A stretch of 64,000 nt of DNA from the human T2T-CHM13v2.0 reference genome, Homo sapiens: assembly GCF_009914755.1 (NCBI RefSeq), contig NC_060929.1. One strand, 5' to 3'. Both the position numbers and the translations under genes were made by a program. Within the stretch, counting starts at the first letter, position 1. Each line of letters starts with the position of its first letter. Shown in pieces: positions 54,539-64,000 of the stretch. Below the pieces are notes generated by a model. That model was not told the origin of the DNA and made no database searches. It worked only from the letters and a program-made list of their open reading frames with translations.

Positions 54539-57500
54539 ACTCTCTCTCTATATATATGTTTATAAAACACATGCACATATATATGCGTATTTATATATCT
54601 ATATATACAGTATAGATTATCTATCTAGACGTGTGTGTATATATATAATATATATCAGTTGAAATTTTCCTAAATTTGACAAATTATTAGATCAACTTAT
54701 ACATCCAAGTAACTAATTAATTTCAAATAGCATACATTTGATTTGACCCACTTCTAGACACAATCTAGTAAGCCTGTTGGAAACACAGATAAAGAGAAAA
54801 TACATAAAGCATCTATAGAAAAGTGACATTAAGTTAGGGGACAACTATGTGAACAATGGTTGATATCATATCAGAAATAATGGAGGCCAGAAGTTAATGG
54901 ATTGGAAGATTTTAAGTTGTATAAAAAAAAGCAAAGTTGAGACACTATGTGCAGCAAACATGTTATTGAAGATAGAAAATAAAATAAAGACATACAACAT
55001 CTGAAAGGAATTGTTGCCCTCCAACCTGTACTTCAAGAGCAGAAAGGAAATGACATCAAGTAGAAACTGAAACCTACATAAAGGAATGGAGAAAGCTGGA
55101 AAAGTTAAATGAGTTGCTATGCAGAAGATTATAGATCATTTATGTTTCTTTGTCTCTTAATTTGTTTGATAAAATACTGAACACTGGGGAAAAAACTAGT
55201 AACTCTGCATTGTGAGTATGTCATCTATAGAAATGTAAAATATGCATCAATAATAGCACAGGGGACCAGAACATACATCAAATTTTACTGTTGTAATTTT
55301 TTAAATGTATATGTATTTATACAATTTTAACTCTGAGAAAACTCTAGTAAATTGAGGGTTATATTGTCATCTTCAGAGCAAGTACAAATTGGTGATTTCA
55401 AAGAGATGACTAACCAGTATTTGAGCAACCAAAAAGAAAGCAGAAAAGTAGTTAAAGAGGGAAATAAAAGATGCGGCTAGGAGAACAAATAGCATAGAGC
55501 AGTATGGTCACCTTTAATTCGACCACATCAATAATTATATGTACATAGACTATAATGGCCAAAAAGACAGGGATTGTCAGGCAGGATTAAAAGCATAATA
55601 AATCTTCTATTTGAAGAGGTATACATTTATCACCAAAACATGAGAATTTTGAGAGTAAAAAATTGAAACAAAACCTATCAGAAAAATTGTCGGCACAAGA
55701 AAACTATGGTAGAAATATGTTAATGACAAAGAAAAATAGGTTTCAAAAAAGTGGCCATTACTAGAGAAGAAGAGAAACATTTAACAATGATACAACAAGT
55801 TTATCTGGAAAATACAGCCAATCCAAATGTGCATTGCCTTAGTAGCAGAGCACCCAAACACATAAAGCAAGCCCAGCAAAACTGAATATAGATATGGACC
55901 CTTCACATTTACAGTTAAAAATTTTATCAACATCATCTCAGTAACTGGCAGTAATTGTAGACAAAAAAAATTAAAATATAGACTTAAACTATCAAACTAT
56001 TGGAACTAATTGACATTTTTTAACTCTACAGCTAAAACTACAGAAGAAATAGTTTCTACTACTACAAATGAAATGTTCTCCCAAATAAATCATATGACAT
56101 GCTTTAGAAAAGACTCATTACATTTCAAAAAATATATTCTCCATCCACAACAGAAGTAGAGATAATAATTATTAAGAAATCTAAAAATAATCCCAAATAC
56201 CAGAAAAAAAAATAGTAAGTGGGTCAAAAAGGGAATCACAGGAAAACTTAGGAAATATGTCAAACTAAATGATGATTAAAAAAATTAGCTGTATGTGACT
56301 AAAGCTGTTTATAGAGAAAAACTATGGCTGTAACTGCTCTTATAAAAACATTTTTAAAGTTTATATCAATATGTAAGTTTTCATCTTTAGAAAGCAGAGT
56401 GAAACAAAACAAATTAGGCCCAAAGTAATATGAAAAAAACACAAAATAATTAAAATAACGAAGTTATAAATGAAACTGAGAAAGACAAATTATAGAGAAA
56501 AATTTTTGTCAAAATTTGTTTTCTGAAAGATTAATGCGATTTATAAGCACATAGAGAGGCTGAAAAAAATTGAAAGTGATAAAAATGTATGAGCAATATC
56601 AGACATGAAAGGAGACATACCACTGCATGTATCATAAACATTTAAAGGAAAATAGGAGAACAGTAATAGGCCAAAATCTGACATGCAAAATCCTGAAAAA
56701 TGTGAGTTGTTCAAATCTATCTTAAAACAAAATGATTCTATAATAAATATTCTTGCAATGAAAAATAAATGTAAAAACAAAACAAAACAAAGGCCCATAT
56801 GCCCACACTGAAAATTCAAGTAAACATTTTAAAAAAAACAAAAATATCAATCTTACTGAAGTTTTTTCAAAAAAATAGAAGAGAACTCCCAGAATAACTA
56901 TAATATCAGAATCTGAGAGAAAAATTACAAGAACTTTTTTTTTTAATTACAAAACCGGATACAAAAGTTCTTAGCAAAATATTAGCAAATTGAACCTAGC
57001 AATAGTAAAAGAATAATGCAACATGATCCAATGGAGTTTATCCCAGGAAAACAAGTTGCTTTAAGATATGAAATCAAATTAGCAACATTCATCATCTAAA
57101 TCAAATAAAGGTGAAAATCATGTTATCTCAATGGATGAAGAAAAATCAATTGAGAAAATTCAATAGCTATGTATAATCTATACTATAGGAACAAAAGTTG
57201 TTTATCTGTCAGCAGGTATGTCCTAAAGTATCTACAGTTAATAAATAAATCAAAGAAACAAAATAGAAAATTTTGAAACAGATCTACATGACTAGTCAAT
57301 TGATTTTTAACAAAAGCATAAGGAGATTGAATTGAAAAGGACAGTCTTTTCAGCAAGTGGTGCTGGAAGAAATGGATAAACATATAGAAAAATGAGCCTT
57401 GAGTCTTAGTTTACACTACTCCCCAAAATTAATGCAAAATGAATTATAGGCTTAAATATAATAACTTAAACATTTTAGCTAACCTTAAAAGAATAAACAA

Positions 57501-58322
57501 TGATCTATTGCATTTAATTAAATTAAAATCTTCTACTCCTGAGAAGACACCAATAACAACATAACAAAGAAAAATGCAGATTAGGAGAAAATATTTTCAA
57601 TAACTATAATGTGGGCATTATTTTAGAAGGTATAAAGAATTAATAAAAATCAATAACATAAAAGCAAAACATTGGAAAAAGAATAAAATAAACAGATATT
57701 TTTATTGTCATTCATATATGAAAAGGAACATAATATCCTCAGTTGCATGAAATGAAAATTAAAAACATAATAACATATTACTTCATACCCACTAGTCTGG
57801 GTATAATATCCAACACTGTGAAAGATATATACACAAATTCAATTACAATCATGCAATGGAATACCACTGAGCAATGTGGATGAATCTCAAAAACATTAGT
57901 TTTAGAAAAAACAAGGTAGGAAAATTAAAAGATTGCATACTTATGATTCTACCTATTTGAAGTTAAAGAACGGACAAAAGTAAGCTATGGCAAATGAAAT
58001 GACAGCATTTATTTCTTATAGGTGAGGATTGATTAGAAAGCAGTTTATTTTCAGGAGAAAATTAACCAGATTCAAAATAAAGGAGGGCAAGAATGAGATA
58101 AACAATATTCTGCCAGGAGAATTGTGATTCCCCCAACCTCTGATACCCACAAGCCCCAGAACACTAGGAACCAGCAGTGATGCTTATATCTAATAAGAAA
58201 GAAAACTGTGATTTATTTATTGATTTACTTATTTATTCATTTTTGCTTTATTTGGAAAAGTGAACCACAACAAGAGAAAAGATCTCCAGATACTGATTTT
58301 ATGTGCCTCAGCCAGAAGATAC

Positions 58323-59126
58323 TGTATTAATAGATGCCTGTTGCAGCAAGCCAAGAAAATAACCAGTCCAGACTGAGGCAGGATAAGTAAGTGTTCACGG
58401 AGTTTTATCTTCTGAGGAAAGAACATTAATCTATTACTTATGGGGTATGACCCAGTGAAGTGCAATTGTTGAGAAAATATAATGAAAAACAAAATCTTCT
58501 CTCTACCTAGAAAATCTCCCCACAAGGATGGAAAAGAAAGAAAACATGACGATTATTGAATAAGACTTCAACCATGATGCATATCACAGGCAATCTCCTA
58601 AGAGACTGCAAAGACAGAGGAATCTTCTCACCCTTTTATAAAGCCAAGCAAATATACCCCATCATGAACAGGTCCTCAAAATAACAACTAGTCCTCTAGT
58701 AAGAGCACTTGACAATGCCATTTGTCACATGTAGTTCATCCTAAATTCATTTGGTAGTTTTAATGACCAACTGTGGTAGCTAATTTGGCTTTATGCAAAA
58801 GAAAAATAAATTTCTAAGCATCCACCAAAGTTAGCCTCCCACCGTCCCTCAGGAAATGGGAGAAGTACTATTTTCCTTGAAGATTTCATTTCAAAGAAAT
58901 GCTTCCCACCAATTCCTTGAGAAAGACATCCCTGGGTTGTAAAGCTGCTGAGAGTCTTATTTAAACTTTCAAAAGGTGTACAGCATTTCAAAGAGCAAGG
59001 GAAGACCTTATAATTACAAATTTTCTAATGTAAATGCTCTAAGAAAAGAGAGTGGCAGATGAAATCTCCCTTATTTCTAATGGAGAGAATTATGCTTCTT
59101 ACTTTTAATTTGTATTTACCCTTACA
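58323..59126 (-). mobile_element. MER67-like ERV1 LTR
   Basis: Minus strand starts tgtaagggtaaatacaaattaaaagtaagaagcataattctctcc, resembling the recalled MER67 start. The left boundary is approximate. Confidence 0.7.
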
Positions 59127-59599
59127 CGAGTGAAATAAAAACTTCCTCTGCCTTAAAAATACTTAATAGACTCTGCTGCAATTTTAAAAACTTATTTAGA
59201 AATATTGAAATAAACTGAAGACATCATCAGTAAAATGTCCTTTGAAGGATAGTATTGATGTCTTTTATAATGGAGAAGGAGAGATGGAGCACGTGAAAGC
59301 TCTTTGCAGTTTCTGTGCAATTTTTGGTAATTTTAAAACTGCTATGAAAAATAAAATTTATTAATCCTTTTAAATGTCATAAAAACTGTCTTTTAAAGAA
59401 TGGACTAATGGAAAAAGTAGACACAAGCATTTTCTGGGATGTTTAATTCAGGCTTAATTTTCACCGATTTTTTTAGTTTTCACTGTATTACCACGTAAAA
59501 CTTCGATTAAACATTAAAGTTTAATGCAAAGAAAAATCATATTTCTCACATTCTTTACTCAATGACTTTTTAAATGCACTTTACTATGTCCAGAACTGT

Positions 59600-59990
59600 G
59601 TTTTTGTCTCTGCCTATGTCGGCAGCCTTACTTCACTGCAATCTCCCTTTATCTCACTAGTCTTCAGACATGTTTATTATTATCTTAGTATTTTATAAGT
59701 CATAAAATTTGACAAATCATTCCTTGCCCTAGGCTTTCTCCAAATGGAATTCCCTTTTCTCAGCTCCGCATGTGGGGAGCTAATATTCATTCTCAGGTCA
59801 CAGCTTTCTCTGACTCCAATAACTTAGATCACTCTGCTTCACTCTTTCAGGCGACCTTATGTTCTTCTACTTGGAACTCATCACCCAGAAGAGTACTTAG
59901 GTTATTGTGATTACTTAATTAATATTTGTTTAATGTTAGTACTTTTGAAAGAAATGATCTAATGGATTGATTGTAGCTCCGGTAAAAAAT
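59600..59990 (+). mobile_element. L2 fragment
   Basis: Pyrimidine-rich tggaattcccttttctc...cattctcaggtcacagctttctctgact...ttacttaattaatatttgt. Confidence 0.45.
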
Positions 59991-60810
59991 TTGAAACCTT
60001 CATGAATTGAAAACACACAAAAAATAATACTATCAATCTGAACACCCTTGAATCATTAACTACTTTGATTTAACATCATCTAAAATATAACATTAAAACT
60101 TGAACAATGTAATGATATAAAGGCACATAGAATGTAATCTATTAATTAAAACATAGTATGAAATTCGAAATAAAATAGTTCAGTAGGCAGTGAATTGCAC
60201 ACAACTCACTGGAGATATCAAAATTATTTAAATAGACATAGAAGCTTTTGATCAGTTTATTCTATTGCTATTTAAAATTACTTTGCCATTGAATTTTATT
60301 CAGTTAAAATTGTCAAGTTTTCAAATATTTCACAAAACTCTCTTCAACATTCTGAAACAAAATAAAACTTTAAGGAGACAACATTGGTGTCTCAGTATGA
60401 AGCAAGGCTCACCGCATGGTGAGAATGTAAGACCAATAACCATCCAAATCAATGTGGACTTCACACTTAATAATGGGTTTTCTTCTTTGCCATGGCCAGT
60501 AACATATATCAATAAAGTAAAAGCCTTGTCATGGAGGAGGAAAGTGGACAAAACTATGAAATGCTAGAAAAAACAAAAAATTAAAAATAGCTAATATGTT
60601 TAAGTACTTAGTATTGACCAGATATTGTGATCTAGAGAAAGAAAGGAACAGAGGAAGGAGTATAATTTTTTTTACCCATTCTGATTTATAGGACATAATA
60701 AAACAAGAATTTTCATGAATTTAAATATTAATTACGAAAATAACGTCAGATAGCAATTTATTCAAAGCATATCCCATTCCCAGTTCAGAGGCTGAATATG
60801 TGCCCACCAA

Positions 60811-61111
<301 letters not shown>

Positions 61112-61199
61112 CTACCAAATATTTTAAATTGCCATTATCATCCTTGTTATTAGTATATGCCTCAAGTATCTTTTTATGTGAATACAGACATATGCAATA

Positions 61200-61450
61200 A
61201 TAGAAAACATGATTTATTAAGCTCCTACAATATGCTAAGGTATTTTAATTATTATCTGTAGATAGATGAGAGTTAGATACATAAATAGAAATATTTACAT
61301 AATCCTTTCCTTCATTTTAGAAATGATTAAACTAAAGCATAGAAATTTTGAATTATTAGAATTATATAACTAGGAATTAAGAAAAGGTAACTATAAAACA
61401 GAACTCTGTGATTCTAAAATCAATTGTATTTTCACTCTGTCATTCTATCT
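61200..61450 (-). mobile_element. MIR (decayed)
   Basis: atttattaagctcctacaatatgctaagg...cattttagaaatgattaaactaaagcatagaaa. Confidence 0.5.
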
Positions 61451-61794
61451 TATATGCAGGTATATGCACAGTTAGTAAAATCATCAGGATCGCCACTTTA
61501 AAAAATGCAACTACATTAGTAATAAAGACCTCTAAGTTCTGTAGTTTTCCTAATATAACATTTTCATTAGAATAAAATATTCACATCATTACACATACTA
61601 TATTGTCAGTGCTTAGAGCAAAATCATAATAATAGGGATTGTGAAAATATGATTACTGATTAAATTATAGATCAAAGTGATTTAATAATTATTTTACTGA
61701 CTACTTATTTGTGTTTGGCTCCTACATGTTTACAAAGATATGTTGACTCATTCTCTGTAACTTTTTCATTAAATTTGAAAGGTGTCTATTGATT

Positions 61795-61910
61795 GAAACC
61801 TCATTTTATGAAAGCTATTACAGAAGTTAAGTAATTTTTCAAAAGTCACACAGATACCATGTGGCAGAGAAAGGTTAAATGGATGCCTTCCTAACTCAAA
61901 ATCCAAATGC
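61795..61910 (-). mobile_element. MIR fragment
   Basis: cagaagttaagtaattttttcaaaagtcacacag...gtggcagag...tcctaactcaaaatcc. Confidence 0.6.
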
Positions 61911-62479
61911 AAGGTGGTGGTCATCATCCTACATCACCCTTAAATAAATAGAATATAAATTATAAAACTAGTGGCAATGTTGACTTCATAGCTCTCAGGA
62001 CCTCCTTTTTCAATATTTAGTCACATGTAATGCCAATATCTTTGTTAAATTCCTTTCTTTCCAGAATTGCTACTTGAAAGACTAATGGCAATACTAATAG
62101 GTAGATCCTGGTCAAATTGTTAAAATAAATATGAATATTTATATTTACCTCCAGCTCCTGCTACGTACTGGCCTGTCAATGTGCTCCAATCTTCACAGCT
62201 TTGTCAGGCACTGCAGGTTGTCTACACAACTGCTATCTCATTCTCTCTCAAATGAACCTCACTTTTGTTTTGGAGCCAGTGCATCCAGCCACACAGGATA
62301 ACTGATTTAACTAATCTAGTCATGATACTCTTACTCCTTCTTGCAGTGTTTGAGCTAGGAGTTGGTCTACTTCTCACAGTAGAAAAAATCACTTTCTAGA
62401 AAGTTAATAAAATGTGAACACTCCATATTAATTTTTAACTGCGTTATCTGTTGTTGTGTCTGAGAGTATAACAGCTAAC

Positions 62480-63090
62480 AACACAGATAAATCCCTTAGC
62501 TCATAGTTTTTCATTTTTGGGGGAAAGAGACACGATACACACAATAGATGAAATAAATGAGTTAAATGTATTATATATGAATAAAATAAAGCAGATAAAG
62601 GAAAAAGGGAATGTTAAGCATGTGATATAAAATTGAGGCTGGGGCAACCCTCACAGAACAGTTTAACATTTGAACATAAAAGTAGAAGAAGTATGAGGGC
62701 AAAATATGTAGAGAAGTGGATGAAGAACATTCTAGCCAGCTGGTGCAGGCAAGTACAAAGGTCCTGAGGCAGAAGAGTACTTGGCATGCTCATCGCAACA
62801 CAGGTGTAGTGGGAATGAAGAAGAATGAAAGGGAAGGTAGGAGGCGATGACGTCAGAGACATTGCTTAGAGCAGGAGCAACATCTTTATTCAGGAGTTGG
62901 GCTTTATTCTGCATAATAAAGAAAAACACCAGGGGACTTTGAGCAAAGCATGATATGATATGTGATGCCTTAAAAGGATAATTTTCACTGAATTGAGAAT
63001 AGAATGAGATGGATGAAGGCAGAAGCAGAAATTCCAGAGAAGAGGCCATTGCAGTAAATAAGATGAGAGATGGCAGTGGTTGGTCTCACT
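62480..63090 (-). mobile_element. L2a-like fragment
   Basis: gaagaacattctag...caagtacaaaggtcctgaggcagaagagtacttggcatg...ggctttattctg...gaggccattgcagtaaat...gatgagagatggcagtgg. Confidence 0.8.
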
Positions 63091-64000
63091 GATATGTGCA
63101 TGTAATCCCTCAAGAGAAATGAATAATCTTATATGTAAATTTTAAACTAAAAATTGTTGATATAATTTGAAGAGGTAAAGAGAGCAGCAAAGACATTTTA
63201 GGCAAGAACAAAGTGAAGAGTCACCGTGGCATGGATAATCATGAGGTTTTAGAATGAGAAACAAGAGAATGCTCAATAGGCTCTGTTTTTGAGGAACTAC
63301 AATGACACGCTAGAGAAACAGTAGCCATCTTCATGTCAATGTGCTGCTTAGCTAGGTCTGCTGAGACTGATCCACCATCCATTGCAATTTGGTCTCATAA
63401 TTTAATGAATTAAGTTTTTTTTTAATTTTATAATATTTTCACTTCTTTCTTTGCCTGTCCTCACAATTGACCCCTTAAAACTGAATAACTAATTGAAAAA
63501 TATGTGGAGGAGATTTAAATCCATTTGGCCTGGGAATTATTCAGCCAGTAGTTAAAATTTCATGCATTCCTGTGAACCTGAAAATGAAGAATCTTTAACC
63601 TCAAGCTGTTATAGTCTGAAGGACTCCTGGGCTTCTGATTGAGATATACACCAAAGCTGAAAATTGTTGATGGGCTTTATTACACGGAACTCTCAAAAAT
63701 GAAACTCATGGGTGTCCATGAGGAAGTCTTCTAGTGCTTGGATACAAACACACCTGAAAAACATAATACAAATGAAAGGAGATGTACATGGCAGGTGGAA
63801 AAAAATGTCTTTTTAGGTACCCTCAGCAAAAAATGGCAACAGCCAGTGGGGTCTGGTTACACCTATAGCAAGAGGTAGGGTCTTGGCCACCAATACCAAG
63901 ATTAATGGCAGGCAAGGCAGGACTTTAGTATTAAAAGCATTTGAGCCTCTGGCTTCAAATTAATATGTAAATTATATAATTTTAATTTGAAAGTCAAATT

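Larger units (their letters stand above)
53060..59368 (+). mobile_element. Old L1MC/MD-like element in pieces (ORF1, ORF2, 3'UTR), interrupted by Tigger3b and an LTR
   Basis: ORF1-like gcagaaaagattagtaaacctgaag (~53250). ORF2-like agcaaaatattagcaaattgaa and ggagtttatcccagga (~56970-57050). 3' end aaaactgctatgaaaaataaaa (~59340). Confidence 0.7.

Overview
AT-rich, CpG-depleted primate (simian, probably human-like) genomic DNA that looks like a gene desert or the interior of a very large intron. AluS/AluY, THE1D and L1PA elements support the primate assignment. I recognise no protein-coding gene, RNA gene, CRISPR array or prokaryotic-type system. The recognisable ORFs in the six-frame track are decayed L1 ORF1/ORF2 or Alu read-throughs, and the rest look like chance ORFs. 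A large part of the window is transposon fossils: L1PA/PB/M pieces including one near-full-length L1 at 38.3-44.8 kb, seven Alus, MaLR LTRs, a MER67-like LTR, Tigger/MER2/MER5/MER113 DNA elements, MIR and L2. The items most worth follow-up are modest. They are a rearranged L1 mosaic (0.65-6.2 kb), a displaced local L1PB duplicate bracketed by a perfect 26-bp inverted repeat (26.2-26.6 kb), template-switch micro-duplications, a three-level TE nest, and two non-repetitive islands (30.7-31.1 kb, 34.5-35.4 kb) that could be conserved elements or cryptic exons. I found no convincing novel biological system. Repeat subfamily names come from recalled consensus sequences, not a database search, and boundaries of old elements are approximate.
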